A DNA stretch of 64,000 nt from NCBI RefSeq assembly GCF_013122565.1, contig NZ_CP053258.1; one strand, given 5' to 3'. Source of the DNA: Escherichia coli (GTDB taxonomy: Bacteria > Pseudomonadota > Gammaproteobacteria > Enterobacterales > Enterobacteriaceae). The translations under genes and the position numbers were made by a program. Positions 44,201 through 53,952 of the stretch are shown in pieces. The notes under the pieces were generated by a model. The model was not told where the DNA came from. It made no database searches and worked only from the letters and a program-made list of their open reading frames with translations. The stretch's first letter is position 1; each line of letters starts with the position of its first letter.

Positions 44201-45125
44201 GTTCCGGCAGCGTTTCTTGCGCCGCAATATGAATACCCAACGGCAAAACGTTGAGCACGGGTCCGGTAGCCGTCAGCGCCGCCGAGCCCAGTCGACGCAT
44301 AAAGATAAATCCGGCAGCGTAGTCCATGCGATTGCACAATCGCCCCAGCCACAAAGCCGCCAGCGCAAGGGCTAAATCGGTACGCTGCACACCTGAAAGT
44401 TGCGTAGCCAGCTGGCGGAATTCCCCGTCAGTAAATTCCAGTTTCAGGCGCAGAATATCTGCCGAAGCGCTGCGCCCCGGTAAAGGTGCCGGAGAAAGTG
44501 ACGCGGGCGGCGGCAATTGACGACGCTGTTCCGCCCAGAATGCCGCATCACGCTGCCAGGCTTCGCTTTCGCGATATTGCTGGTACTCTTCCACTACATC
44601 AGCGAAAGGCGTAAACGGCGAAGCAGGCGTTGGTTCGCCACGCAGCCATGCGCAGTAAATATTGGCGATCTGGCGGGTAATGGCCGGGAAACTGAAGCCA
44701 TCGACCAGCAAATGGTGATAACGCTGATACCAGTACCAGCGGTTATCCGCCACCTGTATCAACTGATGAAAGACCAGTGGTTTACCGCTATCGACGCGCA
44801 GATCTTGTTGCAAATCCGCCTGCATTAATGCCTGCGCAGTACCGTGCGGATCAATGTTGGTTCGCAGGTCGATAATTTCTGGCAGTTCGAACGTCAGCGC
44901 ATCATCGACCCACTGCCAGACTTCGCCGTTATCTTCCGTAAAACGCATCCGCAGCGTATCTGCTTGCGCTAATCCGGCAACCACCGCGCGGGCCAGTAAT
45001 GGCGCATCAACCTCTCCGGTTAACTCAACGTAATGCGCCACGCTCCAGGCGGAGGGTAAATCCGACAGTTTTTCTGCCATCCAGATGCCGGGCTGTGCGG
45101 CGACCAAAGGTAAATGCTGGCTCAT
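41244..45125 (-). CDS. entF: enterobactin non-ribosomal peptide synthetase EntF (C-A-PCP-TE, 1293 aa)
   Basis: Internal ATG (MSQHLPLVAAQPGIWMAEKL) of track ORF 41244..45263; cat at 45123-45125 on the plus strand; adenylation, carrier (GGHSLLAMKLAAQ) and thioesterase (GYSLGG) motifs. Confidence 0.95.
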   Translation of the reverse strand: MSQHLPLVAAQPGIWMAEKLSDLPSAWSVAHYVELTGEVDAPLLARAVVAGLAQADTLRMRFTEDNGEVWQWVDDALTFELPEIIDLRTNIDPHGTAQALMQADLQQDLRVDSGKPLVFHQLIQVADNRWYWYQRYHHLLVDGFSFPAITRQIANIYCAWLRGEPTPASPFTPFADVVEEYQQYRESEAWQRDAAFWAEQRRQLPPPASLSPAPLPGRSASADILRLKLEFTDGEFRQLATQLSGVQRTDLALALAALWLGRLCNRMDYAAGFIFMRRLGSAALTATGPVLNVLPLGIHIAAQETLPELATRLAAQLKKMRRHQRYDAEQIVRDSGRAAGDEPLFGPVLNIKVFDYQLDIPDVQAQTHTLATGPVNDLELALFPDEHGDLSIEILANKQRYAEPTLIQHAERLKMLIAQFAADPALLCGDVDIMLPGEYAQLAQINATQVEIPETTLSALVAEQAAKTPDAPALADARYQFSYREMREQVVALANLLREHGVKPGDSVAVALPRSVFLTLALHAIVEAGAAWLPLDTGYPDDRLKMMLEDARPSLLITTDDQLPRFVDVPDLTSLCYNAPLTPQGSAPLQLSQPHHTAYIIFTSGSTGRPKGVMVGQTAIVNRLLWMQNHYPLTGEDVVAQKTPCSFDVSVWEFFWPFIAGAKLVMAEPEAHRDPLAMQQFFAEYGVTTTHFVPSMLAAFVASLTPQTARQSCATLKQVFCSGEALPADLCREWQQLTGAPLHNLYGPTEAAVDVSWYPAFGEELAQVRGSSVPIGYPVWNTGLRILDAMMHPVPPGVAGDLYLTGIQLAQGYLGRPDLTASRFIADPFAPGERMYRTGDVARWLDNGAVEYLGRSDDQLKIRGQRIELGEIDRVMQALPGVEQAVTHACVINQAAATGGDARQLVGYLVSQSGLPLDTSALQAQLRETLPPHMVPVVLLQLPQLPLSANGKLDRKALPLPELKAQAPGRAPKAGSETIIAAAFASLLGCDVQDADADFFALGGHSLLAMKLAAQLSRQFARQVTPGQVMVASTVAKLATIIDGEEDSSRRMGFETILPLREGNGPTLFCFHPASGFAWQFSVLSRYLDPQWSIIGIQSPRPNGPMQTAANLDEVCEAHLATLLEQQPHGPYYLLGYSLGGTLAQGIAARLRARGEQVAFLGLLDTWPPETQNWQEKEANGLDPEVLAEINREREAFLAAQQGSTSTELFTTIEGNYADAVRLLTTAHSVPFDGRATLFVAERTLQEGMSPERAWSPWIAGLDIYRQDCAHVDIISPGAFEKIGPIIRETLNR

Positions 45126-45340
45126 TGTGCCTCCTGCAACTGGGTGAAATTCGACGGTGTCAGAGTACGCCAGTGGGTTTCCAGCCACTGCTGGCAGGAC
45201 GCCTGTGACTGCGGCTGACACACAACGTCCCAGCCTGCCGGTAAGGCGCATTGTTGCGGCCACAGACTGAATTGCCCCTGCGCATTGCGCAAAATGTAAA
45301 ACGCTCCCTGCGGATCATCGAAGGGATTACTGAATGCCAT
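45122..45340 (-). CDS. ybdZ: MbtH-like protein (72 aa)
   Basis: Internal Met (MAFSNPFDDPQGAFYILRNAQGQFSLWP) of track ORF 45122..45346; 4-nt overlap with entF start. Confidence 0.9.
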   Translation of the reverse strand: MAFSNPFDDPQGAFYILRNAQGQFSLWPQQCALPAGWDVVCQPQSQASCQQWLETHWRTLTPSNFTQLQEAQ

Positions 45341-45342
45341 AT

Positions 45343-46545
45343 TCAACTCCTGTCATGGAAAAGTGGTTGCCAGAGGTCGATTAGCCCCTGCATCAAGCCA
45401 CCGCGCCAACAAAGCGCATCATGTCCGCCGTCAACCTGACGCCAGAAAATGGATACTTTTATGGGGTGTAATTGCGCATATAGCGCCTGATTGGCCCGCA
45501 TGATCATCGGCTCGCGAATACCCGCTTCCAGCACAATGCGCAGACCTTCGGCGCTAACTTCACCAGCTTTAAGCTTTTCAAGTAACACGCCCTCTTGCTG
45601 CCCGCCCCGGTGCGGCCACCAGTACGATCCTGACTGGCTTAATACACAGCCAAAGCGTTCAGGCCAGTGCAGTCCGGCATACAGCGCGGAAAGCCCACCA
45701 AAACTCTGCCCGGCGACCACGGTGCGATCGGCGCGATCGCTAAAAGGGGCAATAGCTTTCACCAGGGGTAATAACTCTTGCTGTACTGCCAGCCAGAAAT
45801 CCGCATTACACGGCAGTTCGTGGGCGCGATGCGTGGTGTCGATAGCGTCGATCAACACATACACGGCGGGAGGAAGTTGCTGACGATGGGTCAACGAAGT
45901 CAGCGCAGGCCAGACGGGCATACTCTGCGCCCAAAATTCGCCATCAAGCAAAACTGCCAGCGGGCGTTCTTCTGCTGTTGCATCACCGGTGGTAAAAATC
46001 CATACACGGCGTGAATTTTTCAACCGTTCACTTTTCCAGATAATTTCTTTGGCTGGTATTTCTGGCGCTTGCGGACAATCCCATCCCGGTTGCAGAGGCG
46101 CTTGCGGCATTTCGAGTGCAGAAACAGCGTGCCCTCGCCCGCCTTTCCAGCTTTGTGGATTCAGCGGATCGGCTATTGCCTGGGGTAATAGTTTTCGCCA
46201 GCCTTCACGTAATTCGAGGCGATCGGGGGATGGTGCAGAAAAAATGTCATCGCGTTCGGTGGGAATAAAGCAGTAGCTGCCGCGCCAGTTGGCATTGAGT
46301 TGTGTCGTCCACTGCCAGACATCAGTACCTGCAATTCGCTGCATCGACTGGGGCTGGCTGTTCTGATGATGATCGGTCACACCAGTGATGTAGACCCATA
46401 CGCGCTTTATCGTCGAGTATTCTTCAGAACCTTGGGGATCACGCCACCAGAAAGTGACCTCAAACATTTCGTCATTCAGACGCTGCCATTCCGGGCCATG
46501 TTTCGACTGCCACCAGCTCTCACTTCCTACTTTTAACGCCGTCAC
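45343..46545 (-). CDS. fes: enterochelin esterase (400 aa)
   Basis: Track ORF 400 aa with GQSFGG serine-hydrolase motif; start codon is GTG. Confidence 0.92.
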   Translation of the reverse strand: MTALKVGSESWWQSKHGPEWQRLNDEMFEVTFWWRDPQGSEEYSTIKRVWVYITGVTDHHQNSQPQSMQRIAGTDVWQWTTQLNANWRGSYCFIPTERDDIFSAPSPDRLELREGWRKLLPQAIADPLNPQSWKGGRGHAVSALEMPQAPLQPGWDCPQAPEIPAKEIIWKSERLKNSRRVWIFTTGDATAEERPLAVLLDGEFWAQSMPVWPALTSLTHRQQLPPAVYVLIDAIDTTHRAHELPCNADFWLAVQQELLPLVKAIAPFSDRADRTVVAGQSFGGLSALYAGLHWPERFGCVLSQSGSYWWPHRGGQQEGVLLEKLKAGEVSAEGLRIVLEAGIREPMIMRANQALYAQLHPIKVSIFWRQVDGGHDALCWRGGLMQGLIDLWQPLFHDRS

Positions 46546-46589
46546 ACCATAACCCCATGTTTACTGTGCAATTTTTCATTGATTGCAGA

Positions 46590-46630
46590 AATATATTGAT
46601 AATATTATTGATAACTATTTGCATTTGCAA
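46590..46630. promoter_or_regulatory. Fur box(es) in the divergent fes / fepA control region
   Basis: ttgataatattattgataactatttgc, overlapping Fur-consensus hexamers, within the 242-bp fes-fepA intergenic region. Confidence 0.6.
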
Positions 46631-46787
46631 TAGCGTAATGGCGCGCCGTGGGAAGCGCGGACATTAATTAACCAACTGCACTGCGTGTCTTTCAGGATCA
46701 AAGGCTTTCGCGGTAGCGGGCTGCGTCATGCTGGTGACGCCCCTGCCCGACAGTTGCAATTCGTGGCAAAAATGCAGGAATAAAACA

Positions 46788-49028
46788 ATGAACAAGAAGA
46801 TTCATTCCCTGGCCTTGTTGGTCAATCTGGGGATTTATGGGGTAGCACAGGCACAAGAGCCAACCGATACTCCTGTTTCACATGACGATACCATTGTCGT
46901 TACCGCCGCCGAGCAGAACTTGCAGGCACCTGGCGTTTCGACCATCACCGCAGATGAAATCCGCAAAAACCCGGTTGCCCGCGATGTGTCGGAGATCATC
47001 CGTACCATGCCAGGCGTTAACCTGACCGGTAACTCCACCAGTGGTCAGCGTGGTAATAACCGCCAGATTGATATTCGCGGCATGGGTCCGGAAAACACGC
47101 TGATTTTGATTGACGGCAAGCCAGTAAGCAGCCGTAACTCGGTGCGTCAGGGCTGGCGTGGTGAGCGCGATACCCGTGGTGATACCTCCTGGGTGCCACC
47201 TGAAATGATTGAACGTATTGAAGTTCTGCGTGGTCCGGCAGCTGCGCGTTACGGCAACGGCGCGGCGGGCGGCGTGGTTAACATCATTACCAAAAAAGGC
47301 AGCGGTGAGTGGCACGGCTCCTGGGATGCTTATTTCAATGCGCCAGAACATAAAGAGGAAGGTGCCACCAAACGCACCAACTTCAGCCTGACCGGTCCGC
47401 TGGGCGACGAATTCAGCTTCCGCTTGTATGGCAACCTCGACAAAACCCAGGCTGACGCGTGGGATATCAACCAGGGCCATCAGTCCGCGCGTGCCGGAAC
47501 GTATGCCACGACGTTACCAGCCGGGCGCGAAGGGGTGATCAACAAAGATATTAATGGTGTCGTTCGTTGGGATTTCGCACCTCTGCAGTCACTCGAACTG
47601 GAAGCGGGCTACAGCCGCCAGGGTAACCTGTATGCGGGCGATACCCAGAACACCAACTCTGACGCTTACACTCGCTCGAAATATGGCGATGAAACCAACC
47701 GCCTGTATCGCCAGAACTACTCGCTGACCTGGAACGGTGGCTGGGATAACGGCGTGACCACCAGCAACTGGGTGCAGTACGAACACACCCGTAACTCGCG
47801 CATCCCGGAAGGTCTGGCGGGCGGCACAGAAGGGAAATTTAACGAAAAAGCGACACAGGATTTCGTCGATATCGATCTTGATGACGTGATGCTGCATAGC
47901 GAAGTTAACCTGCCGATTGATTTCCTCGTTAACCAGACGCTGACGCTGGGTACGGAGTGGAATCAGCAACGGATGAAGGACTTAAGTTCCAACACCCAGG
48001 CACTGACCGGAACGAATACCGGCGGCGCTATTGATGGTGTGAGTGCCACCGACCGTAGCCCGTATTCAAAAGCAGAAATTTTCTCGCTGTTTGCCGAAAA
48101 CAACATGGAGCTGACTGACAGCACCATCGTAACGCCGGGGCTGCGTTTCGATCATCACAGTATTGTCGGCAATAACTGGAGCCCGGCGCTGAACATATCG
48201 CAAGGTTTAGGCGATGACTTCACGCTGAAAATGGGCATTGCCCGCGCCTATAAAGCGCCGAGCCTGTACCAGACTAACCCGAACTACATTCTCTACAGTA
48301 AAGGTCAGGGCTGCTATGCCAGCGCGGGCGGCTGCTATCTGCAAGGTAACGATGACCTGAAAGCAGAAACCAGCATCAACAAAGAGATTGGTCTGGAGTT
48401 CAAACGCGACGGCTGGCTGGCGGGCGTCACCTGGTTCCGTAACGATTATCGCAATAAGATTGAAGCGGGCTATGTGGCTGTAGGGCAAAACGCAGTCGGC
48501 ACCGATCTCTATCAGTGGGATAACGTGCCGAAAGCGGTGGTTGAAGGTCTGGAAGGATCTTTAAACGTACCGGTTAGCGAAACGGTGATGTGGACCAATA
48601 ACATCACTTATATGCTGAAGAGTGAAAACAAAACCACGGGCGACCGTTTGTCGATCATCCCGGAGTATACGTTGAACTCAACGCTGAGCTGGCAGGCACG
48701 GGAAGATTTGTCGATGCAAACGACCTTCACCTGGTACGGCAAGCAGCAGCCGAAGAAGTACAACTATAAAGGTCAGCCAGCGGTTGGCCCGGAAACCAAA
48801 GAAATTAGTCCTTACAGCATTGTTGGCCTGAGCGCGACCTGGGATGTGACGAAGAATGTCAGTCTGACCGGCGGCGTGGACAACCTGTTCGACAAACGTT
48901 TGTGGCGTGCGGGTAATGCCCAGACCACGGGCGATCTGGCAGGGGCCAACTATATCGCCGGTGCCGGTGCGTATACCTATAACGAGCCGGGACGTACGTG
49001 GTACATGAGCGTTAATACTCACTTCTGA
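46788..49028 (+). CDS. fepA: TonB-dependent ferric enterobactin outer-membrane receptor (746 aa)
   Basis: Internal Met (MNKKIHSLALLVNLGIYGVAQA signal peptide) of track ORF 46728..49028; TonB box DTIVVTA and C-terminal aromatic residue. Confidence 0.95.
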   Translation: MNKKIHSLALLVNLGIYGVAQAQEPTDTPVSHDDTIVVTAAEQNLQAPGVSTITADEIRKNPVARDVSEIIRTMPGVNLTGNSTSGQRGNNRQIDIRGMGPENTLILIDGKPVSSRNSVRQGWRGERDTRGDTSWVPPEMIERIEVLRGPAAARYGNGAAGGVVNIITKKGSGEWHGSWDAYFNAPEHKEEGATKRTNFSLTGPLGDEFSFRLYGNLDKTQADAWDINQGHQSARAGTYATTLPAGREGVINKDINGVVRWDFAPLQSLELEAGYSRQGNLYAGDTQNTNSDAYTRSKYGDETNRLYRQNYSLTWNGGWDNGVTTSNWVQYEHTRNSRIPEGLAGGTEGKFNEKATQDFVDIDLDDVMLHSEVNLPIDFLVNQTLTLGTEWNQQRMKDLSSNTQALTGTNTGGAIDGVSATDRSPYSKAEIFSLFAENNMELTDSTIVTPGLRFDHHSIVGNNWSPALNISQGLGDDFTLKMGIARAYKAPSLYQTNPNYILYSKGQGCYASAGGCYLQGNDDLKAETSINKEIGLEFKRDGWLAGVTWFRNDYRNKIEAGYVAVGQNAVGTDLYQWDNVPKAVVEGLEGSLNVPVSETVMWTNNITYMLKSENKTTGDRLSIIPEYTLNSTLSWQAREDLSMQTTFTWYGKQQPKKYNYKGQPAVGPETKEISPYSIVGLSATWDVTKNVSLTGGVDNLFDKRLWRAGNAQTTGDLAGANYIAGAGAYTYNEPGRTWYMSVNTHF

Positions 49029-49067
49029 TGCTAACGTCAGATTGTTGACAAAGTGCGCGTCGTTCAT

Positions 49068-49164
49068 GCCGGATGCGGCGTGAACGCCTTATCCGGCCTA
49101 CAAAATCTTGCTAATTCAATATATTGCAGGACTACGTAGGCCTGATAAGCGTAGCGCATCAGGC
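49068..49164. repeat. BIME: two REP units in inverted orientation between fepA and entD
   Basis: gccggatgcggcgtgaacgccttatccggcctaca (49068-49102) and gtaggcctgataagcgtagcgcatcaggc (49136-49164). Confidence 0.6.
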
Positions 49165-49201
49165 AGTTTTGCGTTTGTCATCAGTCTCTAATACGGTCGA
49201 C

Positions 49202-49822
49202 ATGAAAACTACGCATACCTCCCTCCCCTTTGCCGGACATACGCTGCATTTTGTTGAGTTTGATCCGGCGAGTTTTCACGAGCAGGATTTACTCTGGCTG
49301 CCGCACTACGCGCAACTGCAACACGCTGGACGGAAGCGCAAAGCCGAACATTTAGCCGGACGGATCGCTGCAGTTTATGCGCTGCGGGAATATGGCTATA
49401 AATATGTGCCCGCAATCGGCGAGCTACGCCAACCTGTGTGGCCTGCGGGGGTATACGGCAGCATTAGTCACTGTGGGACTACGGCATTAGCCGTGGTATC
49501 TCGTCAACCGATTGGCATTGATATTGAAGAAATTTTTTCTGCGCAAACCGCAAGAGAATTGACAGACAACATTATTACGCCAGCGGAACACAAGCGACTC
49601 GCAGACTGCGGTTTAGCCTTTTCTCTGGCGCTGACACTGGCATTTTCCGCCAAAGAAAGCGCATTTAAGGCATCGAAGAGACAAACTGAAGCAGGTTTTA
49701 TGGACTATCAGATAATTAACTGGAATAAACAGCAGGTCATCATTCATCGTGAGAATAAGATGTTTGCTGTGCACTGGCAGATAAAAGAAAAAATAGTCAT
49801 AACTCTGTGCCAACACGATTAA
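49202..49822 (+). CDS. entD: 4'-phosphopantetheinyl transferase EntD (206 aa)
   Basis: Internal ATG at 49202 (MKTTHTSLPFAGHTLHF) of track ORF 49124..49822; stop TAA at 49820-49822. Confidence 0.9.
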   Translation: MKTTHTSLPFAGHTLHFVEFDPASFHEQDLLWLPHYAQLQHAGRKRKAEHLAGRIAAVYALREYGYKYVPAIGELRQPVWPAGVYGSISHCGTTALAVVSRQPIGIDIEEIFSAQTARELTDNIITPAEHKRLADCGLAFSLALTLAFSAKESAFKASKRQTEAGFMDYQIINWNKQQVIIHRENKMFAVHWQIKEKIVITLCQHD

Positions 49823-49843
49823 TTGACAACATCTGGTACGATT

Positions 49844-49871
49844 CGCCCGCAGCCATCACTGACCGCGGGCG
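49844..49871 (-). other. stem-loop in the hokE 3' region (candidate hok mRNA 3'-terminal structure)
   Basis: cgcccgc-agccatcactgac-cgcgggcg inverted repeat between the entD stop and the hokE stop; no adjacent U-tract. Confidence 0.4.
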
Positions 49872-49943
49872 AAAGTGTAAAGCAGGTGCCCTACCATCCT
49901 GACCTGACAACCGGATATGCGGGGATTGCTCCCCGCACAACGG

Positions 49944-50096
49944 CTACTTCTTCGGTTCGTAAGCGAGAACAGCCTTAAACTCAATATTACGTTCCTTCAC
50001 CGTAAACTCACACAGCGAGTCTCCGACCAGAAGCGTAAATCCCAGTACCGTCAAACACAGCACTATGACTGCCACAAGGGCATATTTCGTCAGCAT
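49944..50096 (-). CDS. hokE: Hok-family small membrane toxin HokE (50 aa)
   Basis: Internal Met of track ORF 49944..50180; [50 protein letters not shown] has the Hok single-TM plus conserved Cys/EVAAF-like tail; the track ORF N-terminus runs into IS150 and is an artefact. Confidence 0.8.
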   Translation of the reverse strand: MLTKYALVAVIVLCLTVLGFTLLVGDSLCEFTVKERNIEFKAVLAYEPKK

Positions 50097-50192
50097 GTTT
50101 ATATTGCCTCCATGCGAAGAAGGGACTACCATCCAAATTGCTAGGTTTGGGTAGGTAGCCCCAGGGTGTACTGACCCCAAAAAGTTGGACAG

Positions 50193-51044
50193 TTAAACAC
50201 GAGGCATATAGGTCTGATTCCGATATTCAATTGGAGTCAGACCTTTTAATTTCAGGCTAATTCTTCTGCTGTTGTAGTATTCAATATATTCCGTAACAGC
50301 ATCCTTCAGTTCGCTTATATTACTGAACTCATCAAGATAAAAACACTCCGACTTTAAGGTTCCAAAGAAACACTCCACCACAGCATTATCCAGACAATTG
50401 CCTTTTCTGGACATGCTTTGTTTAATACCATGTTCTTTAAGGATATTTTGATATCTTCTCATACGATACTGCCATCCCTGGTCAGAGTGCAGAACAGGAT
50501 GCTCGTGAGGATTAAGCTTTTTGAATGCCTGATCGAGCATATTCTCAACCATGTTCATCACTGGTCTTTCCGAAAGGCTGTAAGAAATAACTTCATTGTT
50601 GAAGAGATCTATTACTGGAGACAAATACAGCTTGCGCCCATTGACTGCAAATTCAGTAACATCGGTAACCCACTTCTCGTTTGGCCGCGTAGCCTTGAAA
50701 TCTCTTTGGAGAACATTGGGGGCGGTTTGCCCTACCTCTCCTCTGTAAGAGCGGTATCGCTTGACCTTAATCGCTGCCTTAAGTGAGAGGGTTCCCATCA
50801 GGCGCTGAACAGCTTTATGGTTAATCTGTTTCCCTTCTCGATGAAGAGACAGCGTTACCCTACGGTATCCGTATCGGCCTCTATTCTCATGATAAATCTC
50901 ACCAATACGCTTTTTAACGTCCGCATACTTGTCAGGCTTGCTGAGAGCCTTTAGATGGTAATAAAACGTACTGCGCGGTATCTCCGCAGCCCTGAGAAGC
51001 TCATCAAGAGGATAAAACTGCCTTAGCTCGTTGAGTACTTTCAC
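50193..51044 (-). CDS. insK: IS150 OrfB (InsK, DDE catalytic domain, 283 aa; expressed as OrfAB fusion by -1 frameshift)
   Basis: Track ORF 283 aa with integrase-core DDE region; overlaps orfA in the -1 frame. Confidence 0.93.
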   Translation of the reverse strand: MKVLNELRQFYPLDELLRAAEIPRSTFYYHLKALSKPDKYADVKKRIGEIYHENRGRYGYRRVTLSLHREGKQINHKAVQRLMGTLSLKAAIKVKRYRSYRGEVGQTAPNVLQRDFKATRPNEKWVTDVTEFAVNGRKLYLSPVIDLFNNEVISYSLSERPVMNMVENMLDQAFKKLNPHEHPVLHSDQGWQYRMRRYQNILKEHGIKQSMSRKGNCLDNAVVECFFGTLKSECFYLDEFSNISELKDAVTEYIEYYNSRRISLKLKGLTPIEYRNQTYMPRV

Positions 51045-51562
51045 TTTTTCGTGGGATGAGCTAAGGCTTTCAGCTTTTTTAGATACACAAGCCGCGTTTC
51101 AAGAAATCGAACTTGCCTTTCAAGATCCTCAATGCGTCGGTCTTTTGACAGCTCCAATGCTGATGCCGCTTTTTCTGGATCAACTGATATTGCAATGTTT
51201 CTTTTGGTGCCAATCTTGAGCGCGCGTAAACCAGCTTCTCCGCGCTCTTCATAAACCTTCAGCCACCTGGCTACAGAACCACTACCAGCAAGCATAAAGT
51301 GAGCAGCAGCCTGATTAAGGGACATGTGCTGCTCGATCACAGCTTTCACGACCTTAATACGCAACTCTGGATCAGCACTAACACCTTTAGGTTTGGGAAT
51401 TAAACCTTTTTCTCCATGTTTTTCATAGAGGGCAACCCATGTCCTGACCTGGGTTCGGGGGACACCAAAACGTGCCGAGATGATCCTGTAACCATCATCA
51501 GTAGTGAAGTAGTGATTCACGACTTCAAGGCGCTTTTCAAAAGGGTATTTTGGCTTTGACAT
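51041..51562 (-). CDS. insJ: IS150 OrfA (InsJ, HTH DNA-binding, 173 aa)
   Basis: Track ORF 173 aa (MSKPKYPFEKRLEVVNHYFTTDDGYRIISARFGVPRTQVRTW...), recognised as IS150 OrfA. Confidence 0.93.
   Translation of the reverse strand: MSKPKYPFEKRLEVVNHYFTTDDGYRIISARFGVPRTQVRTWVALYEKHGEKGLIPKPKGVSADPELRIKVVKAVIEQHMSLNQAAAHFMLAGSGSVARWLKVYEERGEAGLRALKIGTKRNIAISVDPEKAASALELSKDRRIEDLERQVRFLETRLVYLKKLKALAHPTKK
51074..51080 (-). other. IS150 programmed -1 ribosomal frameshift slippery heptamer A_AAA_AAG near the end of orfA
   Basis: orfA codons ...CTA AAA AAG CTG... (L-K-K-L) located 11-12 codons before the orfA stop, within the orfA/orfB overlap window. Confidence 0.7.
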
Positions 51563-51984
51563 ATCAGGGGCTATTCCATTTCATCGTCCAACAAAATGGG
51601 TGCAGTACAGGGTTGATAGAAATATCTCCTGGGGCTTCATCTTTCCAGACCTCAGAGTAAACCTGAAACCGGAAAGCTTCAGGCACCCGCCGTTATCTTA
51701 CCCTTCCTCAACAAAATAGCTGTTTATTTATACAGTGAGTCCTGTTTCGGACTTCTCACTCCCCATTTGATCAACTGAAGCTGAACCCGTTTTTTTCTGC
51801 ATGCCGCAATCGTCAAAATTCTTCGCCACCAGCCAGCCGTGCCATAACTTGTCACATTGCAAAAGTAGCCAAATTGCTTCAGGCACCATCAGTTCACCAT
51901 CACCAAAAAAAAGAAACATTCCAGAACTTCCGCATCTCGCCCAGCCGCTCCGACTTCTATACTGAATAGAAAACGCCAACATAA

Positions 51985-53112
<1,128 letters not shown>

Positions 53113-53177
53113 GCCTGGAATTGCCTTACAGAAGAATATCCCTGACAATGGTGTTTTAACTTACATTTAACAATGTT

Positions 53178-53426
53178 ATGAAACACCCTTTAGAAACCTT
53201 GACCACCGCAGCAGGCATTTTGCTGATGGCTTTCCTCTCTTGCCTGCTGCTGCCCGCCCCCGCACTGGGGCTTACGCTGGCACAAAAACTGGTGACCACG
53301 TTCCATCTGATGGATCTTAGTCAGCTTTACACTTTATTGTTTTGTCTGTGGTTTTTAGTGCTGGGCGCTATTGAGTATTTTGTTCTGCGCTTTATCTGGC
53401 GACGCTGGTTCTCGCTGGCGGATTAA
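53178..53426 (+). CDS. ybdJ: small inner-membrane protein (DUF1158, 82 aa)
   Basis: Track ORF 82 aa, two hydrophobic helices. Confidence 0.85.
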   Translation: MKHPLETLTTAAGILLMAFLSCLLLPAPALGLTLAQKLVTTFHLMDLSQLYTLLFCLWFLVLGAIEYFVLRFIWRRWFSLAD

Positions 53427-53490
53427 ACGTCGATTATCGCCGTACTTCGCGGCATACTTTGCTTATTCTCCTTCGCCTAAAGGAACGTTT

Positions 53491-53859
53491 ATGGATAAGC
53501 AATCACTGCACGAAACGGCGAAACGCCTGGCCCTTGAGTTACCCTTTGTCGAGCTTTGCTGGCCTTTTGGCCCGGAGTTCGATGTTTTTAAAATTGGCGG
53601 CAAGATTTTTATGCTGTCGTCGGAGCTACGCGGCGTCCCCTTTATCAATCTGAAGTCCGATCCACAAAAATCCCTGTTAAATCGGCAAATATACCCAAGC
53701 ATTAAGCCAGGGTATCACATGAATAAAAAGCACTGGATTTCGGTGTATCCCGGCGAGGAAATCTCCGAAGCGTTACTTCGCGATCTGATCAACGATTCGT
53801 GGAATCTGGTGGTTGATGGTCTGGCTAAACACGATCAAAAAAGAGTGCGTCCAGGCTAA
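53491..53859 (+). CDS. ybdF: MmcQ/YjbR-like DUF419 protein (122 aa)
   Basis: Internal Met ([22 protein letters not shown]) of track ORF 53371..53859. Confidence 0.85.
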   Translation: MDKQSLHETAKRLALELPFVELCWPFGPEFDVFKIGGKIFMLSSELRGVPFINLKSDPQKSLLNRQIYPSIKPGYHMNKKHWISVYPGEEISEALLRDLINDSWNLVVDGLAKHDQKRVRPG

Positions 53860-53952
53860 AGCGGAAATCTATAGCGCATTTTTCTCGCTTACCATTTCTC
53901 GTTGAACCTTGTAATCTGCTGGCACGCAAAATTACTTTCACATGGAGTCTTT

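Larger units (their letters stand above)
50167..51609 (-). mobile_element. IS150 (IS3 family), complete 1443-bp copy with 3-bp GGG target-site duplication
   Basis: Terminal sequences TGTACTGACCCCAAAAAGTTGGACAG (low end) and TGTACTGCACCCATTTTGTTGGACGATGAAATGG (high end, reverse complement) are imperfect inverted repeats; length 1443 bp equals the known IS150 length; GGG at 50164-50166 and 51610-51612; two overlapping transposase ORFs inside. Confidence 0.93.

Noticed and set aside
49823-49943. IS186 between hokE and entD, as remembered for K-12
   Set aside because: The entD-hokE interval here is only 121 bp and contains no transposase ORF; the IS present in this locus is IS150, on the other side of hokE.
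51728-51982. 84-aa minus-strand ORF between IS150 and ybdK
   Set aside because: No convincing ribosome-binding site, no recognised family, and it lies in the presumed ybdK promoter and hokE upstream remnant; most likely non-coding.
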